Positions 47,481 through 57,782 of a stretch of DNA of 64,000 nucleotides are shown piece after piece (the first letter of the stretch is position 1; each line of letters starts with the position of its first letter). The notes beneath the pieces are model-generated. The model ran no database searches. It saw nothing but the letters and a program-made list of their open reading frames with translations, and was not told where the DNA came from. Origin of the DNA: an uncultured Ignavibacteriaceae bacterium (GTDB taxonomy: Bacteria > Bacteroidota > Ignavibacteria > UBA10030). The stretch is from positions 314 through 64,313 of the forward strand of contig CAZOMY010000006.1 in assembly GCA_964581115.1 (NCBI GenBank). Direction: 5' to 3'. Made by a program: the position numbers and the translations under genes.

Positions 47481-49898
47481 ATGGCCTCCGATACTCCCGC
47501 ATCTTTCCCGTTCGACAACGGGCTCGGCCGTTTTGGTGATGACGGCTGGACCTACCGCATCGCAACTCCGCGCACTCCGCGTCCCTGGGTCAACGTGGTC
47601 AGCAACGGCACATTCGGGTTTGTGATCTCTCAAGCGGGCGGCGGCTACAGCTGGCGGGAGAACGCACAACTCAACCGGATCACCCGCTGGGAACAGGACC
47701 TCATCAAGGATGAGTGGGGAAAATTCCTTTACCTGCGCGATGCCGACGAGGGCCATGCCTGGTCGGCGGCATGGAAGCCGATGTGCGTCGAGCCGGAAAC
47801 CTATGCCTGTACGCACGGTGTCGGATGGTCGCGGATCGATTCGCGTACGAACGACATCGATTCGTCGTGGACGATGTTCGTTCCGGTCGATGCGCCCGTC
47901 GAGGTCTGGATCGTCCGATTGACGAACCGCTCAGCGAAGATGCGCCGATTGCAGCTCCTGACCTATTTTGAGTGGAATCTCGGAGCGGCCCCCGACTGGC
48001 ACCGCGAGTTCCACCGCTCGTTCATCGAGACCTCATACGACGAAAAGCTTGGAGCGCTGTTCGCGACCAAGCGGCTGTGGGAAGTGCCTTCGGACAAGGG
48101 ACACTGGAACCGGAATTGGGAGTACGTCGCCTTCCATGGCTGCTCGCTTCCGCCGGTGTCCTACGACGCCGACAAGGAATCCTTCCTCGGCATGTATCGC
48201 GATCTCCGCTCGCCGCGGGCAGTGGAGGAGGGGACGCTGGGGCGGAACACGGGGAACTGGCTGGATGCGATCGCCAGCCTGCAGAATGAGGTGACGCTGG
48301 AGCCCGGTGCCGATGTGACGCTCGTGTATACCGTGGGGGCAACGACCTCACGTCGAGAGGCGTCGAAGATCTTGAAAGCCTATAGCGATCCCGAGGTCGC
48401 CCAAGCGTCTCTGAAACGTGTCACGGAACGATGGCGCTCCCTGCTTGGGCGCTTCGCCGTCGAAACGCCGGACGCATCGATGAATACCATGCTCTCACCG
48501 TGGTTGCAGTACCAGGCGATCTCAGGCCGGTTGGAGGGTCGAACCGCTTACTACCAGGTGGGCGGCGCCTACGGATTTCGCGACCAGTTGCAGGACAGTC
48601 AGATCTTCCTTCCGCTCGAACCCGCGCGAACGGCCCAGCAGATACGTCTGCATGCGCGTCACCAGTACAAGGACGGGACGGTCTACCATTGGTGGCACCC
48701 GCTCTCGGAAACGGGTCTTCCCACCGACATGACCGATGATCTCTTGTGGTTGCCGTACCTCGTTGCGCAGTATCTCGACGAAACCGACGACCGATCACTG
48801 CTCAAGGCCCGGGAGCCCTTCCTCGATGAGCCACGGGGCGCCACGATCTATGATCACTCGACCAGGGCTATCGACCGCGTGCTCAAACGGATGAGCCGGC
48901 GCGGTCTTCCGCTGATCGGTGCCGGCGATTGGAACGACGGTCTGAGCGCCGTTGGACTGAAATGGAAGGGCGAATCGATCTGGCTGGGCCAGTTCCTGTA
49001 CGCCGTCCTCACCGCTTTTGCGCCGATCGCAGACCGGGCGCGTGACAGCGCGCGGGCGCGTCGTTACCGCTCGGCGGCCTCTCGGCTGAAGCGGAATCTC
49101 AACCGTCACGGCTGGGACGGCGAATACTACTATGGAGCGACCAAGGACGACGGCGAACGGCTGGGAAGCGCCCGGAACCGCCAAGGGAGGGTGTGGCTGA
49201 ACACGCAAACGTGGGCGATCCTGGCCGATGTGGCCGATCCCAAACGGGCACGGCAGGTCTTCGACATCGTCGAACAGAAGCTTGAGGGAAAGAACGGCAC
49301 GTTACTGCTGACCCCTGCGTACTCCGTGCCCGATCCGGACATAGGATACCTCACCCGTTACGCCGCCGGCATGCGGGAGAATGGGGGTGTGTACACGCAC
49401 GCCGCCACATGGTCGATCCTCGCGGCGGCACGACTGGGCCGCGCTGAAGCGGCCTATCGTCTCTTCCGGAAGATCAATCCCATCCTGCTCGGTTCGAACC
49501 CCCGGGAGTACTGCGCAGAGCCCTACGTGACCCCGGGAAATATCGAGGGACCCGATTCACGATTCTACGGAAAAGGAGGATGGACGTGGTACACCGGTTC
49601 TGCCGCCTGGCTCTTCAGAGCCGGCGTGGAAGGGATCCTCGGCGTCAAGGCGGTTCGAGGTGAACTCGCCGTCGAACCCTGCATCCCTGCTGCCTGGAAG
49701 CAGTATCGCGTTCAAAGGACCTTCCGTGGCGCCGTCTACCGCATCCTGGTGCAGAACCCTGACGGACGCTCGGAGGGGATTCAGCAGGCGTCGGTGGACG
49801 GCAAGCCGCTCACGATCACGCCGGGACAGCGCGCCGTCACCCTGCCGAGGGCGCGCCCCGGATCGACGGTGGATGTCACGATCGTCATTGGACAGTGA
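47481..49898 (+). CDS. Glycoside hydrolase family 94 glycoside phosphorylase (cellobiose/chitobiose/beta-1,2-oligoglucan phosphorylase family), cytoplasmic
   Basis: ORF 47388-49898; ATG at 47481 (MASDTPASFPF). No signal peptide. GH94 architecture with N-terminal beta-sandwich and (alpha/alpha)6 catalytic domain carrying GAGDWNDGL (catalytic Asp region) and YGFRDQLQDSQ. Specificity cannot be assigned from sequence. Confidence 0.75.
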   Translation: MASDTPASFPFDNGLGRFGDDGWTYRIATPRTPRPWVNVVSNGTFGFVISQAGGGYSWRENAQLNRITRWEQDLIKDEWGKFLYLRDADEGHAWSAAWKPMCVEPETYACTHGVGWSRIDSRTNDIDSSWTMFVPVDAPVEVWIVRLTNRSAKMRRLQLLTYFEWNLGAAPDWHREFHRSFIETSYDEKLGALFATKRLWEVPSDKGHWNRNWEYVAFHGCSLPPVSYDADKESFLGMYRDLRSPRAVEEGTLGRNTGNWLDAIASLQNEVTLEPGADVTLVYTVGATTSRREASKILKAYSDPEVAQASLKRVTERWRSLLGRFAVETPDASMNTMLSPWLQYQAISGRLEGRTAYYQVGGAYGFRDQLQDSQIFLPLEPARTAQQIRLHARHQYKDGTVYHWWHPLSETGLPTDMTDDLLWLPYLVAQYLDETDDRSLLKAREPFLDEPRGATIYDHSTRAIDRVLKRMSRRGLPLIGAGDWNDGLSAVGLKWKGESIWLGQFLYAVLTAFAPIADRARDSARARRYRSAASRLKRNLNRHGWDGEYYYGATKDDGERLGSARNRQGRVWLNTQTWAILADVADPKRARQVFDIVEQKLEGKNGTLLLTPAYSVPDPDIGYLTRYAAGMRENGGVYTHAATWSILAAARLGRAEAAYRLFRKINPILLGSNPREYCAEPYVTPGNIEGPDSRFYGKGGWTWYTGSAAWLFRAGVEGILGVKAVRGELAVEPCIPAAWKQYRVQRTFRGAVYRILVQNPDGRSEGIQQASVDGKPLTITPGQRAVTLPRARPGSTVDVTIVIGQ

Positions 49899-49906
49899 GG
49901 GGGGAC

Positions 49907-51253
49907 ATGCGTTCCGTCTGCTTTGCGCTCATCGCCCTTGTCATCGTTGAACCTTCGTCGGCACAACCGCTGGCGTCGATCTCCAGGGACGACAGCCTGT
50001 TTCTGAGGATGCTGCAACGGGAGTCGTTCAAGTTCTTCTGGCATGAGGCCGATCCGTCCACCGGTCTCATCAAGGACCGATCGGCGGACTGGTCGCCCAG
50101 CAGTATCGCCGCGGTCGGATTCGGCCTGACGTCGATCTGCATTGCCGTCGATAATGGCTGGCTTACACGCGCTGAAGCGCGGGACCGAGTGTTGACCACC
50201 GTGCGAACCTTCTGGAACGGACGGCAGGGTCCCGAACAGGAAGGAACGATCGGCTACAAGGGCTTCTTCTATCACTTCATCGACTTGAAGACAGGGAACC
50301 GCGTCTGGAACTGCGAACTGTCGACGGTCGATACAGGGCTGTTGCTCCTGGGGATGCTCGACGCGAAGGCCTACTTCAGCCTCGCTCATCCTGACGAACG
50401 GGAGATCCGTTCCCTCGTGGATTCCATCTACCGACGCATTGACTGGGCTTGGGTCTCGCAACCCGACCCGTCGATCGGCAAGGTGGATTCGACGATCGGC
50501 AACGGATGGTTTCCGGAACGGGGATTCATCCGATGGAGTTGGCAGGGCTATAACGAAGGGCTGTTCCTTTACATCCTGGCGCTCGGGAGCCCCGAGGGGG
50601 CTCTTCCGCGGCATTACTACGACGGATGGCTGAAGACCTACCGCACCGAGACGTGGTATGGGATGTCATTCTTTGCATTCCCGCCGCTGTTCGGCCATCA
50701 CTACGGCCACTGCTGGATCGACTTCCGCAACATTCGGGATGCGAAGAACCGGGAGTCAGGATGGGACTACTTCGAGAACTCCCGTCGCGCGACGCTGGCG
50801 AATCGCGCCTACTGCGCGGAGAATCCACTCGGTCATAAGGGCTACAGCGACAGTCTCTGGGGGCTGACAGCGTGCGACGGACCCGATCTGCCCCCGACGA
50901 AGGGGTATTTCGCCCGCGGAGCCCCCGATCCTGAGATCGATGATGGCACGATCGCTCCGACGGCGGCTGGAGGTTCGATACCGTTCACGCCGCATGAATC
51001 CATCGTTGCTCTAAAGCACATGTACCGGCTCCTGTGCAGCGGCCACGACCGGCGACTGTGGGGACCCTATGGCATGCGCGATGCCTTCAACCTGAGCGTG
51101 AACTGGGTCGCTGCCGACTACCTGGGTATCGATCAGGGACCGATCGTCATCATGATCGAGAATTTCTTCACGCAGAGTGTCTGGAAGCGTTTCAGCGCCA
51201 TCCGGGAAGTGCGGCGCGGACTGGAGCGGGCTGGTTATCGATCGGCGCCGTAA
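49907..51253 (+). CDS. DUF3131 / GH144-like (alpha/alpha)6 glycoside hydrolase ('glucoamylase family protein'), periplasmic
   Basis: ORF 49895-51253; ATG at 49907 is preceded by GAGGGGGG. Signal peptide MRSVCFALIALVIVEPSSAQP. 57% identical paralogue of the next gene. Size and composition fit the DUF3131 family (characterised members are endo-beta-1,2-glucanases). Family call from memory. Confidence 0.5.
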   Translation: MRSVCFALIALVIVEPSSAQPLASISRDDSLFLRMLQRESFKFFWHEADPSTGLIKDRSADWSPSSIAAVGFGLTSICIAVDNGWLTRAEARDRVLTTVRTFWNGRQGPEQEGTIGYKGFFYHFIDLKTGNRVWNCELSTVDTGLLLLGMLDAKAYFSLAHPDEREIRSLVDSIYRRIDWAWVSQPDPSIGKVDSTIGNGWFPERGFIRWSWQGYNEGLFLYILALGSPEGALPRHYYDGWLKTYRTETWYGMSFFAFPPLFGHHYGHCWIDFRNIRDAKNRESGWDYFENSRRATLANRAYCAENPLGHKGYSDSLWGLTACDGPDLPPTKGYFARGAPDPEIDDGTIAPTAAGGSIPFTPHESIVALKHMYRLLCSGHDRRLWGPYGMRDAFNLSVNWVAADYLGIDQGPIVIMIENFFTQSVWKRFSAIREVRRGLERAGYRSAP

Positions 51254-51326
51254 TGGCGCCCGCGCGGCAAGACTCGACGAGGCGCGGCTGAACGAAGGCC
51301 GCGCTTCGCTGTTCTGAAAGGACACG

Positions 51327-52970
51327 ATGATGCTTCGACAGATGGTGCCGTTGCTACGAGGCCTGGCGTTGTCGGTGGGATATGTCGTGCTGAGCTGGAT
51401 GCACGCCGATCTCTACGCGCAGCCGCTGGCCGCGATCAGCGCTGAAGACAGCACATTCTTGCGAATGGTGCAGCGTAAAGCGTTCGATTTTTTCTGGATC
51501 GAGGCTAACCCTTCGAACGGTCTTATCCGAGACCGCAGTCAGAGCGGATCGCCGAGCAGCATCGCCTCGGTCGGATTCGGCCTGTCGAGCATCTGTGTCG
51601 CCTCCGACTACGGCTGGGTGAGCCGTGCCGCCGCGGCCGACCGGGTGCGGACGACCTTACGCACGTTCTGGAATGGACCGCAAGGCTACGCGGCCCAAGG
51701 CATGATCGGGCGCCTCGGCTTCTTCTATCATTTCCTCAAGATGGACACGGCGGTGCGGGATTGGAACTGTGAGCTCTCGTCCATCGATACAGCGCTATTG
51801 CTGGCCGGCATCATCCATGCACAGCAGTACTTCGACGGGACCGATCCGGTCGAACAGGAGGTCCGCGCTCTGGCCGATTCGATATATCGGCGCGCCGACT
51901 TTGAGCGCTTCCGGAATTTCGGCACCACGCTGAACATGGGTTGGCATCCTGAGACCGGATGGCTCAACGCCTGGTGGGTCGGCTACAACGAAGCAATGAT
52001 CCTCTACATCCTCGGTCTTGGCTCGCCGACGCATCCGATCACGCCCGACCTGTGGGACAATTGGACGGGCGGCTATCATTTCGCGTCGTACTACGGCCAG
52101 ACCTACGTCGTGTTCCCGCCGCTCTTCGGACATCAATACTCTCACTGTTGGGTCGACTTCCGAGGCATCCGTGACGCCAAGATGGCCTCGTACGGGCTGG
52201 ACTATTTTGAGAACTCACGACGGGCGACCTTGGCGCAGCAGGCGTACTGTACGGCGAACCCGCTTGGACATGCCGCCTACAGCGACAGCATCTGGGGCAT
52301 TACGGCCTGCGACGGACCATCGGTCCTGGGCGGCTACAAGGCACGCGGCGCGCCGCCGGCTGAGAACGACGACGGCACGCTGGCTCCGACCGCCGCCGGG
52401 GGATCGATCGCCTTCACGCCCGAAGCGTCTCTGCGTGCGCTGAAGACGATGTACCGACAATACTGCGCGGGTCCCGAAACGCGGCTGTGGGGACCGTATG
52501 GTTTTCGCGACGCGTTCAACCCGAAACTCGATTGGTTCGACCTTGACTACATCGGCATCGACCAGGGGCCGATCGTGCTGATGATCGAGAATCTCTTCAC
52601 GCAGAAGGTCTGGTCAACCTTCATGTCGAGCCCGTACATCCAGACCGGATTGCAGCGTGCAGGATTCACCCCCGTCACGAATGCCCACGACGAGGGCGCG
52701 GTGCCGGAGAGGTTCCGGCTGGAGCAGAACTATCCGAATCCATTCAATCCTCAAACCACGGTTCGCTTCGAGCTTTCGGAAGCAGCCGACGTGCGCCTCG
52801 AGGTGTTCGACCTGTTGGGCCGCAGCATCCGAACGATGGATCTCGGCCGCCGCAACCCGGGTTCGCATCTGGAATTTCTGAACGGTGCAGACATGACCTC
52901 GGGCGTGTACCTGTATCGATTGATCGCGGGCCGTTATCAAGCGACCCGGACAATGGTACTGGCGCGATGA
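51327..52970 (+). CDS. DUF3131 / GH144-like (alpha/alpha)6 glycoside hydrolase with type-A T9SS C-terminal sorting domain (cell-surface/secreted)
   Basis: 547 aa. Signal peptide. The catalytic region is paralogous to 49907-51253 (FFWIEANPSNGLIRDRS, WNCELSSIDTALL, HCWVDFRGIRDAK, GPIVLMIEN). The C-terminal roughly 85 aa are a T9SS CTD (YPNPFNPQTTVRFEL...VFDLLGRSI...GVYLYRLIAG). Confidence 0.5.
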   Translation: MMLRQMVPLLRGLALSVGYVVLSWMHADLYAQPLAAISAEDSTFLRMVQRKAFDFFWIEANPSNGLIRDRSQSGSPSSIASVGFGLSSICVASDYGWVSRAAAADRVRTTLRTFWNGPQGYAAQGMIGRLGFFYHFLKMDTAVRDWNCELSSIDTALLLAGIIHAQQYFDGTDPVEQEVRALADSIYRRADFERFRNFGTTLNMGWHPETGWLNAWWVGYNEAMILYILGLGSPTHPITPDLWDNWTGGYHFASYYGQTYVVFPPLFGHQYSHCWVDFRGIRDAKMASYGLDYFENSRRATLAQQAYCTANPLGHAAYSDSIWGITACDGPSVLGGYKARGAPPAENDDGTLAPTAAGGSIAFTPEASLRALKTMYRQYCAGPETRLWGPYGFRDAFNPKLDWFDLDYIGIDQGPIVLMIENLFTQKVWSTFMSSPYIQTGLQRAGFTPVTNAHDEGAVPERFRLEQNYPNPFNPQTTVRFELSEAADVRLEVFDLLGRSIRTMDLGRRNPGSHLEFLNGADMTSGVYLYRLIAGRYQATRTMVLAR

Positions 52971-55606
52971 ATCCTGTCAGCGTCTCGATCGGGAGCGGCG
53001 GGCCTCGGACGACGATCGGGCTGACGGGCCGCTGGCAACTGGCCTTGTGCCACACCGAAGAGCCTCCGGCCACGTTCGACCATCAGATCGACGTTCCCTC
53101 CGTCGTAGACTGTGCGGAACCAGGCCTCCATGGCCGACAGGCTCCATACTACTGGTACGCCCGCGATCTGCAGATCGAGCCACTGCCTCCCGATACCCAG
53201 ATCTGGTTGCGCATCGAACAGGCGCAATTCGGCACGTCGGTGTGGGTTGACGACCGGTGGGCCGGATCGTCGGATGCCTGCATGACCTCTCAAGAGTACC
53301 GCATCGATCCGCTGTTTCGGAACGGTGAACACCGCTTGGCGGTTCGTGTCGGCGCGCGAACGACACTGCCTCCGGAAAGCGCCGCCGGCCGAGACCAAGA
53401 GAAGGAGGTTTACACCCCCGGCATCTGGGGCGATGTCTCGCTGATCCTGACCGGGCCTGCGCACCTCCGGGACATCCTCCTGTTGCCCGATCTGGCGGGT
53501 GCCAGTGTCACGGCAAAAGTGTGGGTGATCGATGCCGGACAGCCCGCCGATCGACTGCAGGTTCATGTCGCTGTCAACGACCCGGATGGACGTCCAGCGT
53601 CGATGACCGCGCATGCCGTCCTTGTTCGTGACGAAGATGATTGCCGCTTTTTCGAGGTCCGCATCCCGTTGACGGCTCCTCGCGCATGGTCGCCGGAGGA
53701 TCCAGCCCTGTATACCGCCCATGTCTCGGTGTCCGTCGACGGCGTGCCTGCCGACGCCGGCGCTGTTCGATTCGGCATGCGCGACTTTCGCATCGTCGGA
53801 CGCGAGTTCCATCTTAACGGCAGGCCGCGATATCTGCGCGGCGGCAATATCGCCTTTCATCGGTTCCTGTCGGACCCTGAGCGTCGAAAGCTCCCGTGGA
53901 CGATGGAGTGGGTGCGGAGGCTGCTCATTGACATTCCGCTGGAACATCACTTCAACTTCTTTCGATTTCACCTTGGCCCTGCGTATCATCGTTGGTACGA
54001 CCTTGCCGATGAGCATGGCATGCTGCTCCAGGACGAGTGGCCGTTCTGGAACGCGACAGGGTCGAATGCTGCGATCGCGCGTGAGTTCCGTCAGTGGATC
54101 AAAGACCACGGGAACCATCCGAGCATTGTCATCTGGGATCCGCTGAACGAGTCGACGGACGACAGCTTGATCCACGATGTGGTCCCGTTACTGCGGGAGC
54201 TCGACCCGACGCGTCCGTGGGAAGCGGTCGATTTTGTCGAGCAGCATCCCTACATCTACTCCCTGGGAATGACCCTGAATCACCGTCCGTTCGGCTACGC
54301 GAAGGCTCTGCCCGAACTCGAACGATCCTGCGTTCCCGTTGTCGTCAACGAGTTCCTGTGGTGGTGGTTCGATGCTTCGTGGTCTCCGACCATCTTGATG
54401 AAGGAGGTTGTCGAACGCTGGTTGGGGCGAGGAGCGGATACGGGCGCGATCATCCGTCGGCAGGCCTATCTCGCGGAGGAATTGGTCGGCCTATTTCGCA
54501 GGATGCGATGCGCGGCCATCCAGCCGTTCGTCTATCTCAGCAACAATGAGGGGCCCACGGCACATTGGTTCGAAGGCCCCATCGGGGATCTGCGTCCCAA
54601 ACCGGTGCTCGCGGCGCTCAAGAATGCGTTCGCGCCCTTCGGCCTGAGCATCGACCATCCCGACCGACATCGGGAGACCAGCGAGGCGACCAGCCTGCTC
54701 GTTCACGTCTTCAACGACACCTCACAGGTACGGCACGGCGACGTGACGGCGAGCCTGCAGGCCGCCGACGGGAGCGAAGATGCCATGGATCCAGTGCCCG
54801 TGCGGGTGCCGCCCGGCGGTCGAGCGACGGTTCATCTGTCGTTGACGATGCCGGCAACCCCGGGGACGACGACCGTACGGTGCGAATTAATGGAAGGGGT
54901 CCACGTCGTCGCCACCGCGCAGCGGGTCATCCATGTACTGGCAAGGCAGGCGCGGCGACCCGTACCCCTTCGGCCGGCGGTCATTCTCGACCCGGGGGGA
55001 GAGATCCTGGAGTTCCTCGAGCGGCAGGGGACGGACGTGAGGCCATGGGAGGGACCACCTTGGCCTGAAGAAGCTGTGTTCTTCGTCGGGAGTTTCGGCC
55101 TGGGACACCGTGCCTATCGAGATCGGATCGACGCAATCGGCAGCCGGGTGAATGATGGGGCCACGCTCGTTGTGCAGGAACCGGAATTCCGCGTCGTCGA
55201 GCCGACAGAGTTACAGGTCCTCCCAGGTCTGCACCTTCATGTGTCGCGCCGAAACGACATCGACAAAGGCGGTTATGATTCGTACGTCTTTCCGGAAGAC
55301 CCCGCTCATACTTTGTGGCGTGAGCTTCGACCGGAGCATTTTCAATGGTTCAACGGCGGGGTCGGCGGCGAGATCGTCTCTGAGTACTCGGTGGAGCCTT
55401 CGCTTCCATCGGTGCGCTTGGCCTCATGCGGACTTGGATTGCGCGTCCCAGCCGTGTTCGAGGTGCCCGTGGGACGCGGGCGGGTTGTCGTGTCGCGGAT
55501 CCAGGTTCGGGGGCGGTTGCGCCGCAGCGAACATTCGACGGACCCGTTCGCCCGGAGATACGACCCCGTCGCGGCGCAATATCTCCTCAATCTTCTTTCC
55601 TTGTGA
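52967..55606 (+). CDS. Glycoside hydrolase family 2-like (clan GH-A) enzyme, cytoplasmic
   Basis: 879 aa, no signal peptide. The start ATG overlaps the previous stop (ATGA). N-terminal sugar-binding jelly-roll (LTGRWQLAL). Acid/base motif WDPLNEST (W-x-x-x-N-E) in a TIM barrel. C-terminal beta-sandwich domains. Confidence 0.55.
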   Translation: MNPVSVSIGSGGPRTTIGLTGRWQLALCHTEEPPATFDHQIDVPSVVDCAEPGLHGRQAPYYWYARDLQIEPLPPDTQIWLRIEQAQFGTSVWVDDRWAGSSDACMTSQEYRIDPLFRNGEHRLAVRVGARTTLPPESAAGRDQEKEVYTPGIWGDVSLILTGPAHLRDILLLPDLAGASVTAKVWVIDAGQPADRLQVHVAVNDPDGRPASMTAHAVLVRDEDDCRFFEVRIPLTAPRAWSPEDPALYTAHVSVSVDGVPADAGAVRFGMRDFRIVGREFHLNGRPRYLRGGNIAFHRFLSDPERRKLPWTMEWVRRLLIDIPLEHHFNFFRFHLGPAYHRWYDLADEHGMLLQDEWPFWNATGSNAAIAREFRQWIKDHGNHPSIVIWDPLNESTDDSLIHDVVPLLRELDPTRPWEAVDFVEQHPYIYSLGMTLNHRPFGYAKALPELERSCVPVVVNEFLWWWFDASWSPTILMKEVVERWLGRGADTGAIIRRQAYLAEELVGLFRRMRCAAIQPFVYLSNNEGPTAHWFEGPIGDLRPKPVLAALKNAFAPFGLSIDHPDRHRETSEATSLLVHVFNDTSQVRHGDVTASLQAADGSEDAMDPVPVRVPPGGRATVHLSLTMPATPGTTTVRCELMEGVHVVATAQRVIHVLARQARRPVPLRPAVILDPGGEILEFLERQGTDVRPWEGPPWPEEAVFFVGSFGLGHRAYRDRIDAIGSRVNDGATLVVQEPEFRVVEPTELQVLPGLHLHVSRRNDIDKGGYDSYVFPEDPAHTLWRELRPEHFQWFNGGVGGEIVSEYSVEPSLPSVRLASCGLGLRVPAVFEVPVGRGRVVVSRIQVRGRLRRSEHSTDPFARRYDPVAAQYLLNLLSL

Positions 55607-56886
55607 ACGTGCGCCTGGCTCAACTGACCGTTGTCGCCGCTTTCTTGGGCCTTTCCTGCGTTTCGGAGGAAGGCGGGCCCGTCGTTGTGCGCTTCTGGGG
55701 GATGGGGAACGAGGGCGAAATGGTGCGAAAACTCATTCCGGAGTTCGAGCGGAGGCATCCGCAGATCCGCGTGGTGGTTCAGCAGATACCGTGGACCGCA
55801 GCCCATGAGAAGCTGTTGACCGCGTTCGCCGGCGAGTCGACGCCGGATGTCTGCCAACTGGGGAACACCTGGATCCCGGAGTTCGGTGTTCTGAACGCCC
55901 TGGAACCCCTCGACCAATGGGTCGCCGCATCGTCCGTCGTTCAACCCCACGACTACTTTGAAGGCGTCGTTCAGATGAATGTCCTCGACTCGACGCTGCT
56001 CGGCATTCCGTGGTACGTCGACACGCGCGTTCTCTACTATCGCCGGGACCTTCTGGCCGAAGCCGGGGCCGATTCGGCGCCGGCGACGTGGGACGGGATG
56101 CTTCGATTGTGCGACCGCATGAAGCGGCGGGCTGAGAAGGCTGGGCGCACCCACTTTCCCTTTTTCCTTCCGACCAATGAGTGGGTGCCGGCCATCATCC
56201 TCGGCACGCAGGCGGGCGGCTCGTTCCTGGCGGACGGCTCGACAAGAGGCAATTTCGGCGGTCCGGAATTCAGGCGCGCCTTTGAGTTGCTGGAGACGTT
56301 CTATCGCCGCGGCTATTCGCCTCCCGGGCAATCGCTCATCACCAACATGTACCACGCCTTCGACGACGGGTTGATCGCGATGTACATCACCGGTCCGTGG
56401 AATATCGGCGAGTTCACCCGCCGGATCCCGGCGGACCGGCAGCACATTTGGATGACTGCTCCGCTGCCCTCCATGGACGACCGAACTCCGGGGGCCTCCT
56501 TGCCGCTCGGCACGAGCCTGGTGATGTTCCGCGGATCGAAGCACAAAGATGAAGCTTGGAAGCTGATCGAGTTCCTCGCCTCGACCGAACAATCCATCGA
56601 GTTCTATCGCATCACGGGCAATCTCCCTCCTCGGCGCTCTGCCTGGTCAGATACCTCACTCGCGAATAACCGCTACGTGCAGGCCTTTTACCGGCAGCTA
56701 CAGCGCGTCGACCCGTTGCCGCCGGTTCCGGAATGGGAACAGATCGTCATCCGCCTTCAATCCTACGTGGAGTTCGTTGCCACCGGTGCGATGACCGTCG
56801 ATGCGGCCGTACCCTCCTTTGACCATGACGTCGACCGGATGCTCGAAAAGCGACGGTGGCTGGCGTCGCAGGAGGGAAGGCCGTGA
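55603..56886 (+). CDS. ABC transporter extracellular solute-binding protein (family 1, sugar/oligosaccharide)
   Basis: ORF 55426-56886. GTG at 55603 overlaps the GH2 stop (GTGA) and gives a signal/lipoprotein-like N-terminus VNVRLAQLTVVAAFLGLSC. SBP_bac_1 features (VVRFWGMG, WTAAHEKL, IPWYVDTRVLYYRRDL). Confidence 0.8.
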   Translation: MNVRLAQLTVVAAFLGLSCVSEEGGPVVVRFWGMGNEGEMVRKLIPEFERRHPQIRVVVQQIPWTAAHEKLLTAFAGESTPDVCQLGNTWIPEFGVLNALEPLDQWVAASSVVQPHDYFEGVVQMNVLDSTLLGIPWYVDTRVLYYRRDLLAEAGADSAPATWDGMLRLCDRMKRRAEKAGRTHFPFFLPTNEWVPAIILGTQAGGSFLADGSTRGNFGGPEFRRAFELLETFYRRGYSPPGQSLITNMYHAFDDGLIAMYITGPWNIGEFTRRIPADRQHIWMTAPLPSMDDRTPGASLPLGTSLVMFRGSKHKDEAWKLIEFLASTEQSIEFYRITGNLPPRRSAWSDTSLANNRYVQAFYRQLQRVDPLPPVPEWEQIVIRLQSYVEFVATGAMTVDAAVPSFDHDVDRMLEKRRWLASQEGRP

Positions 56887-57782
56887 GCTTGCGACTTCAG
56901 GACCGGCGGAAGCAGGCGATCGCCGCCTGGCTGTTTCTGGCCCCGGCGCTTGCCGTCCTGGCCGCGTTCTTTGTCCTTCCCGTGGCGGCCGCGTTTGTCA
57001 TGAGTTTCACCGACTTCGACATCTACGGACTGGGTGACCTGTCGACGGTGCGATTCATCGGCATTGACAATTACGTGCGCATCCTCGACACACCCCTGTT
57101 CTGGACGGCACTTTCGAATACCTTCTACTTCGTCGTCGTCGGCGCTCCGCTTTCGGTCGGCGTCTCTCTGGCGGTTGCGCTCATGGTGAATGCCAGAATG
57201 GCGCGGTTCAAAGGTGTCTTCCGTACGATCTACTTCCTGCCGGTGGTCACCAGCCTGGTGGCCGTCGCGATCGTATGGCGGTACCTCTACCATCCGGCTC
57301 ATGGGCTTCTCAATCATGCTCTGGGCTGGCTTGGCATCGGTCCGGTGGATTGGCTCGGCGATCCGGCGGTGGCCATGCCGGCGATCATTGTGCTGGCGGT
57401 CTGGAAGAACTTCGGCTACAACATGTTGATCTTCGTCGCCGGCCTGTCCAGCATTCCGGAGGATCTCTACGAAGCGGCCCACATCGACGGCGCTTCGGGC
57501 TGGAGACAGTTCATTGACATCACCCTGCCCATGCTGACGCCGACCACGGTCTTCGTGGTCATGATCACGCTCATCGGCTACTTTCAGCTGTTCGCGGAGC
57601 CGTACGTCATGACACAAGGGGGGCCGCTGAACGCAACCCTGAGTGTCGTCCTCATGATGTACGAGCAGGGATTCCGCTGGTGGAACATGGGATACGCGGC
57701 TGCGATCGCCTTCGTCCTGTTCGCCATCATCCTCTTCTTCACGGTCGTTCAGATGTTCGTCCAGCGGAAGGTCGAATCGTGA
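56883..57782 (+). CDS. ABC transporter permease (MalF/UgpA-like, sugar)
   Basis: ORF 56856-57782. GTG at 56883 overlaps the SBP stop. 6 TM helices. The EAA-loop region is EAAHIDGASGWRQFIDITLP. Confidence 0.85.
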   Translation: MSLRLQDRRKQAIAAWLFLAPALAVLAAFFVLPVAAAFVMSFTDFDIYGLGDLSTVRFIGIDNYVRILDTPLFWTALSNTFYFVVVGAPLSVGVSLAVALMVNARMARFKGVFRTIYFLPVVTSLVAVAIVWRYLYHPAHGLLNHALGWLGIGPVDWLGDPAVAMPAIIVLAVWKNFGYNMLIFVAGLSSIPEDLYEAAHIDGASGWRQFIDITLPMLTPTTVFVVMITLIGYFQLFAEPYVMTQGGPLNATLSVVLMMYEQGFRWWNMGYAAAIAFVLFAIILFFTVVQMFVQRKVES

